Shown: positions 9,900-21,399, numbered from the whole stretch's first letter. The stretch: 63,997 nucleotides of DNA, filler included, from an uncultured Methanosarcinales archaeon (GCA_964434475.1; 3 parts of 3 records of this genome joined end to end with filler, not necessarily neighbours in it); one strand, 5' to 3'. Made by a program: numbers and translations. The notes: generated from the letters alone by a model not told the origin.

Positions 9900-10847
9900 T
9901 TGCTTTATTATTTCAGTTGCATAGCTTCCCTTAGGAAGCTTAAATTTTATTATTGCTTTTTTCTTATTTTTATTCAATTCATCATCTATGTATTCTTGAA
10001 TATTTATTTTTGTTTTTATTTTAAATTTTCTCAAAGTTCCTTCTGATGATAGTTCAGGAATTGTTGGAATGATGAAATCTCTTAATGTTATCTTGTCTTC
10101 TTTTAATTTTTGTTCGATAAAATCAGAAACATTAGCATCTTCCAAATATGTAGCAAAACCAACAAGAGGTATTTTATCAACATCCTTTTTGTTTTTAATG
10201 CAATAATCTGCTGTTAAGTTCCACAATTTGCTTTGATAAGCGTGTACAAACATCTTTAATATCTTTTTAGGAATAAGCCTAATAGCTCCAACAAAATTAT
10301 TAGGGTTTTTTATTATGGATCTTTTAACATCATTCTCATAATATCCATCTGATTCAAGTATAAGCTCAACAGCTTGTTTGAAATCTTTTTTTATGAAAGA
10401 TTTACCTATTTCTGAATTATTTCTTGAAAATCTCTGTTCACCAAAATAATTTATAAATCCTGTTTTTTCTGTAATTGGCTTTTTATCTATATTTCTTATA
10501 GTTATTATAAATTCATTATATTCAAGATTGCCTAAAGATATAGGTTCATCTCCATATCCATAAAATTCTAAAAAAATGTCTTTTAGTTCCAATCTTTCAA
10601 TCTTCTTTTTAGTAGTACCATATATTGATATCAATTGTTTTGTTACTGCTTTCTTGTCTTTTGTGCCTGCAAATCCAATGTTTTTCAGTTTGATGTGCAA
10701 TACATTAGCAATTGTCTGCAATGCTTTGATTAATGCATAGTTTTTTTTAGTCAGCCAGAAGTATATGTATTTACCGCTATCTTTAGGTTTAACACTTGTT
10801 ATCTCGTGTACTATGAAATCCTCGCACAATCTTTTTAGTTCATACAT
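9891..10847 (-). CDS. truD: tRNA pseudouridine(13) synthase
   Basis: EDFIVHE, AGTKDKKAVTKQ, NYFGEQRF, HAYQS, LPKGSYAT. Confidence 0.95.
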   Translation of the reverse strand: MYELKRLCEDFIVHEITSVKPKDSGKYIYFWLTKKNYALIKALQTIANVLHIKLKNIGFAGTKDKKAVTKQLISIYGTTKKKIERLELKDIFLEFYGYGDEPISLGNLEYNEFIITIRNIDKKPITEKTGFINYFGEQRFSRNNSEIGKSFIKKDFKQAVELILESDGYYENDVKRSIIKNPNNFVGAIRLIPKKILKMFVHAYQSKLWNLTADYCIKNKKDVDKIPLVGFATYLEDANVSDFIEQKLKEDKITLRDFIIPTIPELSSEGTLRKFKIKTKINIQEYIDDELNKNKKKAIIKFKLPKGSYATEIIKQLF

Positions 10848-10928
10848 ATTATACTAAAATAAGAGATTGTTTTTAAAACCAACGTTTGTCAAAAGATTTT
10901 TAAATAAACTTGTTTTCTTGAGAGTTAT

Positions 10929-11033
10929 GGGCCAGTAGCCTAGCCTGGATAGGGCGATAATGAAGTGCGATAAATGCCTTCTATCGTAAGCCTCCTAAGC
11001 TATAGATCGGGAGTTCGAATCTTCCCTGGCCCG
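10929..11033 (+). tRNA. tRNA-Arg(CCT) with 30-nt non-canonical intron at 29/30 (10960-10989)
   Basis: Acceptor GGGCCAG/CTGGCCC; intron removal restores ATAGC-CTCCTAA-GCTAT; BHB helix GCGA/TCGT with TAA and AAG bulges. Confidence 0.88.
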
Positions 11034-11057
11034 TTTATTATCAATGAGAAGATTTAT

Positions 11058-12155
11058 ATGGATTCATTACATCAAATTAAAGAGGCGTTAAGGTTTGTAA
11101 AGTATTCTATTAAAACTAAATTCAGCAGATATAAAAGATACAAAGGAGATGACAAACAGATCTGCAGGCAGATTGTTGACAATTGCTGGAACGGAAGATT
11201 CTTTAAGACAGGTGGAGGAAATTACAACCAATTCTGGACAAGAGACTTTGGCATGTGCTGCGAAAGCCTCATCAATCTGGGATATAAAGAAAAAGTAAGT
11301 AAAACACTGCAATACGCTCTTGATATTTTTGAGAAGCACAACAGAATAACCACGCAGATAACTCCAAAAGGATATCCTTTAGATTTCCCATGCTATACTC
11401 CTGAATCTACAGCATATATAACAAGATGCTTGAGATTGCTGGATGATAAAAAAATCATCAAAAAATACAAATCATTTATCGAAAAAAAAGTATTGAAGGC
11501 GTATGAAACTGCGTTTGACAAAGAAAAAGGAATCATACGTCAAGATAAGCATTTCTCTTCAATGAAAGACCATTATATAAGAACAAGTTCAATGTATAAC
11601 AACAGCATGATATTTATGCTTTCAAGGGAGTTAGATAAACTTAAATTCAACAATCCTTTCAAAAAATATAATTTTAAAAACATCCATAAGAAATTGTTCT
11701 GGACAGGAGAATATTTTTTAGATGACCTTTCCAAGCATAAATATGTTGCAGGAGATGCTAATGTATTTCCTTTCTGGACTGGAAATTTTACAGACAAAAA
11801 GATGTTTCAAAGGTGCTTGAAAAAGATACAGGAAAACAATCTTGACAAGCCATGGCCTTTGAAATATACACGGCATAGACATAAGCATCAAGAGATGTTT
11901 TGGCCGGCATTATTTGCATCGAACTATGAAGGAACAACAATATGGATGCATCTTGGAGCATGTTTTATCAAGACAGTCAATATGTTCGATAAGAAGTTAG
12001 CAAAAAAATATCTTGAAAATTATAAGAAAGCCATAGAGAAACACCAAAATTTTTTAGAGGTATTTAATACAGATGGCACAATATACAAAAAATCATTTTA
12101 TACATCGGATGAAAGTATGCTATGGGCAAGCATATATCTAGAGTTGGTAAGATGA
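11058..12155 (+). CDS. Six-hairpin glycosidase-like protein (glycogen debranching/GH15-like)
   Basis: YNQFWTRD motif, MYNN, C-terminal W..LG, E and LWA pattern; start moved downstream of the tRNA. Confidence 0.65.
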   Translation: MDSLHQIKEALRFVKYSIKTKFSRYKRYKGDDKQICRQIVDNCWNGRFFKTGGGNYNQFWTRDFGMCCESLINLGYKEKVSKTLQYALDIFEKHNRITTQITPKGYPLDFPCYTPESTAYITRCLRLLDDKKIIKKYKSFIEKKVLKAYETAFDKEKGIIRQDKHFSSMKDHYIRTSSMYNNSMIFMLSRELDKLKFNNPFKKYNFKNIHKKLFWTGEYFLDDLSKHKYVAGDANVFPFWTGNFTDKKMFQRCLKKIQENNLDKPWPLKYTRHRHKHQEMFWPALFASNYEGTTIWMHLGACFIKTVNMFDKKLAKKYLENYKKAIEKHQNFLEVFNTDGTIYKKSFYTSDESMLWASIYLELVR

Positions 12156-12802
12156 TATCTATAATCATACCTGCATGCAATGAAGAGAAATATATCGAAA
12201 AGACATTGGCTTCTATCAAAAACTCAAAATTCACGGATTATGAATTGATAGTTGCCGCAAACGGATGTACAGATAATACTTCAAAAATAGCAAATAAATA
12301 TGCTAGAGTCTTTGAATTAAGAGAAAAAGGCATATCATTAGCAAGAAACACAGGAGCAAGAGCTGCAAAAGGAGAAGTATTGGTTTTTCTTGATGCTGAT
12401 TCAACTGTCAGCAGAGGATTGTTAAAAGCTATATCGAAAGAGTCAAAAAAATACGCAGCAGGAATATGCAGAACTTGGCCAATAGGCAACAGGACAAAAG
12501 ATAAACTGTTTTGGTCAATTACAAACTTTATCTCAAGCATAAACAAATGCCCTAATGGATTAACATTCATAAGAAAAGACCTTTTTAAAAAAATCAAGGG
12601 ATTTGATGAAAAAGTAAACATAGGTGAAGATACACAATTACTACATAAAGCAAAAAAGTATGGGAGAATTAAGATCATAAAAGATGAATATATCAAAACA
12701 TCTATGAGAAGATTCGAAAAACAAGGATATTTTAAAACTATTTTAAAATGGATTAAAGCTTATTTTATTCCAGACAAAAAAGAATATGAAATTATTAGAT
12801 AA
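12152..12802 (+). CDS. Glycosyltransferase family 2
   Basis: SIIIPACNEE, ARNTGA, FLDAD, GFDE..GED, TSMRR; ATGA overlap with the upstream gene. Confidence 0.92.
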   Translation: MISIIIPACNEEKYIEKTLASIKNSKFTDYELIVAANGCTDNTSKIANKYARVFELREKGISLARNTGARAAKGEVLVFLDADSTVSRGLLKAISKESKKYAAGICRTWPIGNRTKDKLFWSITNFISSINKCPNGLTFIRKDLFKKIKGFDEKVNIGEDTQLLHKAKKYGRIKIIKDEYIKTSMRRFEKQGYFKTILKWIKAYFIPDKKEYEIIR

Positions 12803-13448
12803 GAAAATTTTCAATTGTTTTGGATATAGATGATATGGTTGAAGACTGCAATCCCTTATTCTCATCAGATATAAGATCCTTATATATCTCTATATGCAAA
12901 GGCATTATTCCTTTTTCTCTGCACATCTTAAGAGAATAGGTTCTACTTGCCTTATAGAATATCTTTGAATAATCTCCATCAACTTTAATATCAAGCATCT
13001 TTTCCTGAAGTTTTTGAGCAAAACGTGTTGAAAAATAGCTGCCTATTTGTGAACCAGAAGAAATTTCAATATCTTTGTCAGTAAGTTTTCTGCCTGATTT
13101 TCCATTTTTCCAATGAGTATGTATTTCTATAAGATATTTAGGATGAAAATCAAGAATTCTTCTGCAGTATAAGCCATCTATCTTATTTGCATCGTGGTCA
13201 GGCTTGACATAAATAATAAGATTACAATCTATATTTTGAGCAATCTTGTAAGCTACAACACCAGTATTAGGATCACCATATTTTTTGCCGTTAGAATTAT
13301 CATACATGATCTTTTGACCATTGTTGATATGATGCGGAGCTGCTATCACTATACTAGAGTTTGAATCAGATTCCTTGAATACTAAAGAATTTTCTAACTC
13401 AAGCATGTTTTCTACATTCTCAAAAGAGTTTAACTTTATTAAATCCAT
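12795..13448 (-). CDS. Hypothetical protein, possible Zn-dependent amidohydrolase (N-formylglutamate amidohydrolase-like)
   Basis: IVIAAPH, IEIH and HIEI pattern. Confidence 0.45.
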   Translation of the reverse strand: MDLIKLNSFENVENMLELENSLVFKESDSNSSIVIAAPHHINNGQKIMYDNSNGKKYGDPNTGVVAYKIAQNIDCNLIIYVKPDHDANKIDGLYCRRILDFHPKYLIEIHTHWKNGKSGRKLTDKDIEISSGSQIGSYFSTRFAQKLQEKMLDIKVDGDYSKIFYKASRTYSLKMCREKGIMPLHIEIYKDLISDENKGLQSSTISSISKTIENFLI

Positions 13449-13481
13449 AAAAATAAAGAAAAAAAAGAGTATTTAAAAAAC

Positions 13482-16097
13482 TTATTCGTTCTTTAAAACT
13501 GCATGAGCTGCGGCTAATCTTGCTATAGGCACCCTGAAAGGTGAACAGCTTACATAATCTAAACCCATCTTATGACAGAATTCAACACTGCTTGGCTCTC
13601 CACCGTGCTCTCCGCAGATACCTATCTTTAGGTCAGGCTTTGTCTGCCTTCCTTTTTCAACAGCCATCTTAACCAATTGTCCAACTCCATCCTGATCCAA
13701 TACTGCAAAAGGATCTTTTTCCAAAATACCTTTACCCAAGTACTCAGGCAGAAATTTTGCAATATCGTCCCTTGAAAAGCCAAAACTCATCTGAGTTAAA
13801 TCATTGGTTCCAAAGCTAAAAAATTCTGCATGTTTAGCAACTTCATCAGCAGTCAATGCTCCTCTTGGAACCTCTATCATAGTTCCAACCTTGTATTTCA
13901 AATCAGTGCCAGATGCTTCAATCAAATCTCTTGCTTTATTATCCACATGCCCTTTAAGAATCTTAAGTTCATTCTCATGACCAACTAAAGGAATCATTAT
14001 TTCAGGAACAACATCCATGCCTTCCTTGTTGCAGTCTAAAGCTGCTGATATTATCGCTTCAGTCTGCATCTCTGCAATCTCAGGATAGGTTATCGCTAAC
14101 CTGCAGCCTCTATGACCAAGCATAGGATTCTGTTCATGCAAAGATTCAATTATAGACTTTATCTTCTCAAGACTATAGCCTAACTCTGTTGCAAGATCTT
14201 GTATATCTTTATCTTCATGCGGAAGGAATTCATGTAAAGGAGGATCCAACAACCTTATCGTTACAGGTAAATCTTTCATAGCCTTGAATATCCCCATAAA
14301 ATCTGATTTCTGTATAGGTAGTAATTTTGCCAATGCTTTTTTCCTACCCTCTAAATCCTCTGACAAGATCATCTCTCTTACTGCTTTTATCCTCTCACCT
14401 TCAAAGAACATATGCTCTGTCCTACAAAGACCAATACCTTCTGCACCAAAGTTTCTTGCAACCTTGCTGTCTTTAGGAGTATCTGCGTTAGTTCTAACTC
14501 CTAATCTTCTATGTTTATCAGCCCATTCCATCAATATTCCAAAGTCACCACTTAATTCAGGATCGATTACAGGAACCTGGCCAAGCATAACCTCTCCTGT
14601 TGTTCCATCTAGAGTAATATAATCGCCTTCCCTCACTATGTTATCTTTTACTTTGAAGAATGCTTCCTTTTCATTAACTATGACATCTCCGCAGCCTGCA
14701 ACACAACATTTACCCATACCTCTAGCAACAACTGCTGCATGGCTTGTCATTCCACCTCTGCTTGTCAGGATACCTTGAGCAGCATTCATCCCTTCAATAT
14801 CTTCAGGAGATGTTTCAGTCCTGCACAATATTACTTTTTCGCCCTGTTGAGCCATATCATGAGCTTTTTCTGCTGTAAATACTGCTTTACCTACAGCAGC
14901 ACCAGGAGAAGCAGGCAGTCCTTTTGCCATCACTTCTGCTTGCTGTTTTGCTATAGGGTCCAACTGCTTATGCAATAATTGATCCAATTGGTTGGGTTTT
15001 ACCCTAAGAATCGCTGTCTTTTCATCTATTAATTGTTCATTTACCATATCAACAGCAATCTTTACAGCAGCTTTCGCTGTCCTTTTTCCAGTCCTTGTCT
15101 GAAGCATATACAACTTTCCTTCTTGGATTGTGAATTCCATATCCTGCATATCTTCATAATGGTGTTCAAGCTTGTCTTTTATGTCTACCAGTTGATCATA
15201 TATCTCTGGATTCTGCTCTTTAAGTGTCTCTAACTCTTTTGGCGTTCTTATTCCAGCAACAACATCTTCACCTTGAGCGTTCATCAAGTATTCTCCATAA
15301 AATGTTTTTTCTCCTGTGCTGGGATCTCTTGTGAAACAAACACCTGTTCCTGAAGTTTCACCCATATTCCCGAAAACCATAGCCTGTACATTTACAGCTG
15401 TTCCAATCAAGCCTTTTATATCATTGATTCTTCTATAAGTTATAGCTCTTGGATTGTTCCAGGAACTGAAAACAGCATCTATGGCTAATTTCAATTGTTC
15501 TTTAGGATTATCAGGAAATTCTTTTCCTGTTTTTTCAGTGACAACCCGCTTATATTCAGAAATTAAATCTTTAAGATCGTCTGCTGTTAGTTCAGTATCA
15601 TATTCCACGCCTTTTGTCTGTTTTTTCTTATCCAGCACCTCTTCAAAATCATGATGGGCCATACCCATAACAACGTTTCCAAACATCTGTATAAATCTTC
15701 TATAAGCATCATAACCAAATCTAGGATTGCTAGACTTTTTTATCAAAGCTTGAACAGTCGTATCATTCAAACCAAGGTTAAGGACAGTATCCATCATACC
15801 TGGCATAGACACAGCTGCTCCACTTCTCACAGAGAACAGCAAAGGATTTTCACTGTCTCCAAACCTCATACCCATTTTTTCTTCAACTTTTATCAGGTTT
15901 TCTTCAATCTGTTCCATCATACCTTCTGGATATTTCTTATCATTTTTGTTGTATATATCGCAAACCTCTGTTGTTATAGTAAAACCGAAAGGCACAGGAA
16001 TGCCTAGTTTTGTCATCTCAGCTAAATTAGCTCCTTTACCGCCAAGAAGTTGTTTCATGCTTGCGTCAGCCTCGTCGAACGCGTATACATATTTCAT
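13482..16097 (-). CDS. ppdK: Pyruvate, phosphate dikinase
   Basis: [28 protein letters not shown] phospho-His, GICGEHGG. Confidence 0.98.
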   Translation of the reverse strand: MKYVYAFDEADASMKQLLGGKGANLAEMTKLGIPVPFGFTITTEVCDIYNKNDKKYPEGMMEQIEENLIKVEEKMGMRFGDSENPLLFSVRSGAAVSMPGMMDTVLNLGLNDTTVQALIKKSSNPRFGYDAYRRFIQMFGNVVMGMAHHDFEEVLDKKKQTKGVEYDTELTADDLKDLISEYKRVVTEKTGKEFPDNPKEQLKLAIDAVFSSWNNPRAITYRRINDIKGLIGTAVNVQAMVFGNMGETSGTGVCFTRDPSTGEKTFYGEYLMNAQGEDVVAGIRTPKELETLKEQNPEIYDQLVDIKDKLEHHYEDMQDMEFTIQEGKLYMLQTRTGKRTAKAAVKIAVDMVNEQLIDEKTAILRVKPNQLDQLLHKQLDPIAKQQAEVMAKGLPASPGAAVGKAVFTAEKAHDMAQQGEKVILCRTETSPEDIEGMNAAQGILTSRGGMTSHAAVVARGMGKCCVAGCGDVIVNEKEAFFKVKDNIVREGDYITLDGTTGEVMLGQVPVIDPELSGDFGILMEWADKHRRLGVRTNADTPKDSKVARNFGAEGIGLCRTEHMFFEGERIKAVREMILSEDLEGRKKALAKLLPIQKSDFMGIFKAMKDLPVTIRLLDPPLHEFLPHEDKDIQDLATELGYSLEKIKSIIESLHEQNPMLGHRGCRLAITYPEIAEMQTEAIISAALDCNKEGMDVVPEIMIPLVGHENELKILKGHVDNKARDLIEASGTDLKYKVGTMIEVPRGALTADEVAKHAEFFSFGTNDLTQMSFGFSRDDIAKFLPEYLGKGILEKDPFAVLDQDGVGQLVKMAVEKGRQTKPDLKIGICGEHGGEPSSVEFCHKMGLDYVSCSPFRVPIARLAAAHAVLKNE

Positions 16098-16310
16098 TTT
16101 TTACTCAATCCTCCATCAGATTATATTTGATTATAGATTTGAGTTTTAATAACTGTTTTATAAAGTTTTTTATTATGTGAAAGATTGCTGCAAACTGCAA
16201 AATACCCCTAGCAAAATGTACTCTTTTATGTCTTTAAGATAACAATATGCGCAAGTATGTACTTTACAGGAAGATAATTATAAAAACAGTTGTTTTTTTA
16301 TGGAAATTCA

Positions 16311-16369
16311 GAAAAAAATCAATAAAAATTCCTAAAATCTAACTACCCGTCGTAGCAAGTTAAGGGTAT
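16311..16369. repeat. Dispersed repeat (family B), related copies at 43426-43446 and 48361-48460
   Basis: GAAAAAAATCAATAAAAATTCCTAAAATCTAACTACC.GTCGTAGCAAG shared with the 48361 copy. Confidence 0.8.
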
Positions 16370-16421
16370 TACATAGGTTTATAATTTAACAATAATAATA
16401 ATAAATTGAAGAAAGAGGACA

Positions 16422-18263
16422 TCAAGAAAGTTCTTTTAATATTTGAACAATTTTCTTGCCATCTGCTTTGCCTTTAAGTTTAGCCATAGTCTTTCCTATC
16501 AATGCGTTAAAGGGTATATCTTTATTTGCTTCGATAATCTTCTTTATTTCAGATTTTAATTCTTCTTCAGACATAGGCTTGTATGCATCCATGCTTACAA
16601 ATTTGGAATTACAGAAATCTAGTAGAATGTTTATCACGCTGTCTTTTGTTATCTCGCCTTTGTCAAGATGCCTAAATATTTCTTCGAATTCTGTTTCAGT
16701 AAGCTTGTCTATGTCTGCATTGAATTTACGTTTGATCTCTCTAGGAGTAGATAATAAAGTTTCTGCAATAAATGCGGGCTTGATGTTCTTGAACTCTTTT
16801 ATAAACTTTTCAAAAGCTGGAGCTTGTTCAGATTTAGCTGCTAAGGTTGCCAAATCTTTGCCTAAACCTAGTTTTTGGAATCTTTTTATCTTTTCTTCTA
16901 TAAGTTCTGGAAGCTTTATCTCTTTTGTATCTGGTTTTTCTAGTTTCACATCAGTTTCTGGATACATCCTTGCAGCACCAGGCATAGGCCTTAAGTAAGT
17001 AGATGTCGCATCTTGATTGGCTTTTCTTACTTCTTTGGGTACACCAAACAATGTCTGATTTATTCTAGGTAATAACGCATGCTCTATCATATTTTTAGCT
17101 TTGTCTTCATTACCTACAACAAGTATGAATGCGTCATTTGGACCAATCTTTAATTTTGCTTTAACCTCTTTTATTTCCTTATCAGAAAATTTGTATTTTT
17201 CTAAATTTTCATCAGAATGTATGATTCCGCCAAAACCAAATACTTTTGCATGTCCTGCTAACTCAGTACCAAATCTATACTTAGGCATCAGCTCTTTTCC
17301 AAGAAGTTTGTTGAATTTTTCTAATTTGAATCCAATTACACTGTTTTTTGATTTTATTGCTTTATTTACGAAATTGCATTTTGTATTTTTGAAAGTTTTT
17401 GTGAAGTCTATTGTATCTAACTTGTTTATTTCCTTAAATTTTAGGTTATTTAGTTCGTTTTTTAATTCCAATAATGCAAGCTGTCTTTTTGCTTCGTTTT
17501 TAACTAAAAGAGGAATGCTTTTTAGGTCTTGAGCTCCTTTGATCTCAATCCTGTTGCCGCCTTTGATACTTACGTTTACATCCTGCCTTATCGTACCTAA
17601 ACCTCTTTTTGCTTTACCTGTGCTTCTCAATATCATTCCTATGTATGCTGCCACTTCCTTTGCTTGTTCAGGAGTGTGTATGTCAGGATCAGTTGCAAAC
17701 TCAATCAAAGGTATTCCTAATCGGTCTAATCTGAATATTGTATGTGTTGCATCTTTTTTTATAATTTTAGCTGCGTCTTCTTCTAAACAGATAGTAGGCA
17801 CTTTGACATCTCCGGATTCAAGTTTAATAATTCCATCTGCTGCAACTAATGCAGTTCTTTGAAATCCACTAGTATTTGAACCATCTACAACAGTTTTTCT
17901 CATTACTTGGATAGTGTCTACTGGCTTTGCTTTTAACATCAATGCTGCCTGTAATGCAGTGTTTAATGCTTCTTTATTCATTGAATGCGGCGGTTCTTCA
18001 TCAAGTTCCACCAAACAAGTTGTATCCTTATATGCTTCGTATATGAAATGTTTTTGTTTTCTTTGTTCCTGCGCTGCCGCAATATCTATCTCTCCAGTTT
18101 CACCTGCTGCAGCTCTTAGATAACGTTTGACTTTTATGTTTGGTTCATCATCTCTCAATGTAGTAGGGCAGTCACAGAATAATTTTTTGCCTTCTAATTG
18201 CTGATGTATTTCAATCCCGCATTTCAAGCCTATTTTCTTATAATCAAGAGACATTTTGGTCAT
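16422..18263 (-). CDS. gatE: Glu-tRNA(Gln) amidotransferase subunit E
   Basis: GLKCGIEIHQQL, DGSNTSGFQRT, RPMPGAARMYPETD. Confidence 0.97.
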   Translation of the reverse strand: MTKMSLDYKKIGLKCGIEIHQQLEGKKLFCDCPTTLRDDEPNIKVKRYLRAAAGETGEIDIAAAQEQRKQKHFIYEAYKDTTCLVELDEEPPHSMNKEALNTALQAALMLKAKPVDTIQVMRKTVVDGSNTSGFQRTALVAADGIIKLESGDVKVPTICLEEDAAKIIKKDATHTIFRLDRLGIPLIEFATDPDIHTPEQAKEVAAYIGMILRSTGKAKRGLGTIRQDVNVSIKGGNRIEIKGAQDLKSIPLLVKNEAKRQLALLELKNELNNLKFKEINKLDTIDFTKTFKNTKCNFVNKAIKSKNSVIGFKLEKFNKLLGKELMPKYRFGTELAGHAKVFGFGGIIHSDENLEKYKFSDKEIKEVKAKLKIGPNDAFILVVGNEDKAKNMIEHALLPRINQTLFGVPKEVRKANQDATSTYLRPMPGAARMYPETDVKLEKPDTKEIKLPELIEEKIKRFQKLGLGKDLATLAAKSEQAPAFEKFIKEFKNIKPAFIAETLLSTPREIKRKFNADIDKLTETEFEEIFRHLDKGEITKDSVINILLDFCNSKFVSMDAYKPMSEEELKSEIKKIIEANKDIPFNALIGKTMAKLKGKADGKKIVQILKELS

Positions 18264-19553
18264 TTAAACAAACTCCTCTTCAAACTCAGTTCTTTTGCTT
18301 AATTCTCCTCGGAGATTTGTTAAGATTAATCTTTTTGCTTCTTCTTTTTTATAGTTGCTTAGTAGCCATGCAAGTTTGATGTATGTTGTTTCAGTAGTCA
18401 TATCATTATCATTTCCAAGTATTCCAATGTCCTGCTGTCTTCTTGCATTTTCGTAAACATTTAAGTTTAATCTTCCGAAAATCGTTTGCGGCGAAAGCAC
18501 AATAACAGTATTTTTTGTCAGTTGTTTTAAAGCGTCGAATATTTTTTTGTTTTCATTAGAGTAATCGTCTTCAGATATAGGTAGGTTGCCTAATCCAGTT
18601 GCTTCTATAACTAATCCATCGTACTTTTTGTAAAATAAAAATTCATCATCATACATATTAGTATATTGCTTTAAGATTCCTATCCTTAAATTTTCCTTGA
18701 AAGGTTTAATAATTATTTTTGATTTTGACTTTTTATTGTAAGTTTTGTTAAGTAATTTTATTTCGTCTTTTTTATAGTCAACCAACGCTATAGGAGAAGT
18801 ATTGATAGTCTTGAATGCATCTCTTCTTGAAGCATGCATCTTTCTTGCTTTTGTACCTGGCAAGATAGCGCAATAATTGTCTTCTGATGAATTGTGCATA
18901 CATAATGCAACCTCTGCAAAATCGCTTTTTGATACAAAATATACTGCATTGATAAGATTCATAGCAGCATCACTGCTTCCTCTATCAGAACTTCTTTGGC
19001 TACCTACAAGCATTACAGGAATTGGCAAGTTTTCAAGCATAAATGAAAGTGCTGCAGAAGTATAATGCAAAGTATCTGTGCCGTGAGTTATAATTACCCC
19101 ATCTGTTCCATCTTTTATCTCTTTATCAATCTCTTTCGCAATAATATTGTAATGCTTAAACCGCATATTTTCAGACATCATATTTCCTATCAGTCTTGAT
19201 TTTATATTAGCGATATCAGCCAATTCAGGAAACATAGCCTGTAATTCCTCTGGTTTAAACTTTGCTGCAACAGCACCAGTCTTATAGTCTACTTTGCTTG
19301 CTATAGTTCCGCCTGTATGCAATATTGAGATTGTAGGCAAGTTTTTTCTTGTTATTACTTTTCCTGACTCTATTTTTTTTGCATTAGTTTTTTCAATAAG
19401 CAGAATGTTTTTTATCTTTTTATTTTCGATACCTACATTATAACCGCTATCTAACTTAACTATTGTCGTATCTTTATCAGAAGATTGGACCAATATACCT
19501 TTGTAATCCTTATCAGCCATTATTTTTACCTTATCTCCAAAGTCATATTTCAT
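18264..19553 (-). CDS. gatD: Glu-tRNA(Gln) amidotransferase subunit D
   Basis: KLDSGYNVG, TGGTIAS, HGTDT, GSQRSSDR; adjacent to gatE. Confidence 0.97.
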   Translation of the reverse strand: MKYDFGDKVKIMADKDYKGILVQSSDKDTTIVKLDSGYNVGIENKKIKNILLIEKTNAKKIESGKVITRKNLPTISILHTGGTIASKVDYKTGAVAAKFKPEELQAMFPELADIANIKSRLIGNMMSENMRFKHYNIIAKEIDKEIKDGTDGVIITHGTDTLHYTSAALSFMLENLPIPVMLVGSQRSSDRGSSDAAMNLINAVYFVSKSDFAEVALCMHNSSEDNYCAILPGTKARKMHASRRDAFKTINTSPIALVDYKKDEIKLLNKTYNKKSKSKIIIKPFKENLRIGILKQYTNMYDDEFLFYKKYDGLVIEATGLGNLPISEDDYSNENKKIFDALKQLTKNTVIVLSPQTIFGRLNLNVYENARRQQDIGILGNDNDMTTETTYIKLAWLLSNYKKEEAKRLILTNLRGELSKRTEFEEEFV

Positions 19554-19563
19554 TTTTACACCT

Positions 19564-20322
19564 TTATGTTTTAGTAGGATTATCTATAAAAACTACCTTT
19601 ACTTTAAATGCTTTTTCTATCAAATTCATCAATGCCTTAACTCCGACAGTTTCTGTTGCATAATGACCTGCAACCATAATATTGTGATTTAAATCTTTTG
19701 CTTCATGATATATGTGATGCATAATCTCGCCTGTCAGAAAGCAATCATACTTCAAAGATTGATTCATCTCTGATGCTCCCCCGCCAGAAACTATCGCTAT
19801 AGATCGGATCTTTTTTCTTCCAAAGCTTAAGTTCCTGCATTTAGTATTAAGTCTCCTATTAAGTTTTTTTGCAATATGATTTATTGACACTGGTTTTTTG
19901 AAGTATCCTGCAAAACCTATTTTGACACCATTATAACTGCCGAAAGGCCTTAATCTTTTAAGATCAAGAATATTGCATAACTGTGCATTATTTCCATAAA
20001 TTTCGTGTTTGTCCAAAGGAAGATGTACTGCGTATAAGCTAATCTTGTTTTTTCTCAAAAATTGTATCCTTTTTTTTATTAATCCTGTTGTATCTTTTGC
20101 ACCTTTCCACAGCAGACCATGATGCACTATCAATAGATCGCACTTCTGCTTTTTAGCCTTATCAAAAGTGCTTAAGCAGGCATCTACAGCAAATCCTATC
20201 TTGTTTATTTTCGTACAGGCTTTTACCTGAGTACCATTTCTGCTGGAATCTTTTATTTCCTTAATTCTTAGAGTACTGTTCAAGAATCGGGTTATCTTGT
20301 TTATATTTGCAGCAGACATCAT
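19564..20322 (-). CDS. Nif3-like (DUF34) dinuclear metal centre protein
   Basis: LIVHHGL, HLPLD.H, TGE, AGHYATE. Confidence 0.93.
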   Translation of the reverse strand: MMSAANINKITRFLNSTLRIKEIKDSSRNGTQVKACTKINKIGFAVDACLSTFDKAKKQKCDLLIVHHGLLWKGAKDTTGLIKKRIQFLRKNKISLYAVHLPLDKHEIYGNNAQLCNILDLKRLRPFGSYNGVKIGFAGYFKKPVSINHIAKKLNRRLNTKCRNLSFGRKKIRSIAIVSGGGASEMNQSLKYDCFLTGEIMHHIYHEAKDLNHNIMVAGHYATETVGVKALMNLIEKAFKVKVVFIDNPTKT

Positions 20323-20373
20323 AAGAGAATAGAATATCCTTCTATTTTTATATTTTTCTTAAGATAGGGCATA

Positions 20374-21399
20374 TTAACTCTCAACCAGCTCATGCCTTAT
20401 TCTAGGAGCCAGCACCCAGTATTTCTTTTTCTTTTGCTTATGCGAAAATATTATGGCCTTGTTTTTCCTCAGATCACGAATTATGCTTCTTGCATTAGAC
20501 ATGTTTGTGTTTAATGCTTTCGCTAATTGCAGAGTGTTGAAAGCACCTAAACCATCTATTATCTTAACAGCTTCCTGAAGCCTGTTGCTGGTCTTAAGGT
20601 CGTCATATGGAGAAACTTCATCATCAACGATTTTTATACCCATTGTGGATAATATATTGAATACCATGGGTTTAGTTATCCTTTCGCCTTTAAGCACAGG
20701 ATTATCATCTCCATATTTATCCAAATACATGAATATATGATTAGTCATATCAAGCAAAGCTCTCACGCTTCCGCCTGAACTTATAATAAGAAGATCTAAG
20801 GCATCTTTATCGAAACTTTCCAAGTAATTTTTATCTTTTGTGTTCAATCTTATTCTCAGGACGTGCTTAAGCTCTTCATGAGATAGTTTCTTCATCTTTA
20901 TCATCTTATTTCCTATTCTATCCTTAAAACTGCCAGAGAAATTAGTATGAAGATTGTTATCTATCTGAGATATCACTACGCTGTGTATGCCTAAATCATT
21001 CTTGTTTTGGGAATTGTTCCAGAAACCTTTTATCGTTTCAGTAACATACCTTGAAACTTCATGACTCTCATCCAAAAGTATAACATAATTCTTTGGTTTT
21101 TTTCTAGTCAATCTTTCCAAAAAAGATCTTTGCTGCATAAGATTTTTTTCTATGTCGTGCTCTGGCTTCATCCTGTCTGCACTAAGAAAAACAAAATTAT
21201 AATCTTTTAATCCTGGATTATTCCTAAGCCTTTCAAGCATAGATGTTTTTCCGCTGCCAGTAAATCCAGATAAAAGACATATTTGACCCTGCTTGATGTA
21301 ATTGACAAGCATATCTTCGACATCATCTACACCTATCAGATTAGGATTAGAACGCACATCCAAAGGATGTTCAGTAAAGCCAAGATTTTTGAACCACAT
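20374..21399 (-). CDS. AAA+ ATPase with probable C-terminal winged HTH
   Basis: Walker A GFTGSGKT, Walker B ILLDE, SGGSVR. Confidence 0.75.
   Translation of the reverse strand: MWFKNLGFTEHPLDVRSNPNLIGVDDVEDMLVNYIKQGQICLLSGFTGSGKTSMLERLRNNPGLKDYNFVFLSADRMKPEHDIEKNLMQQRSFLERLTRKKPKNYVILLDESHEVSRYVTETIKGFWNNSQNKNDLGIHSVVISQIDNNLHTNFSGSFKDRIGNKMIKMKKLSHEELKHVLRIRLNTKDKNYLESFDKDALDLLIISSGGSVRALLDMTNHIFMYLDKYGDDNPVLKGERITKPMVFNILSTMGIKIVDDEVSPYDDLKTSNRLQEAVKIIDGLGAFNTLQLAKALNTNMSNARSIIRDLRKNKAIIFSHKQKKKKYWVLAPRIRHELVES

Noticed and set aside
10974..11057. N-terminal extension of the ORF called at 10974
   Set aside because: Overlaps tRNA-Arg; ATG 11058 is the plausible start
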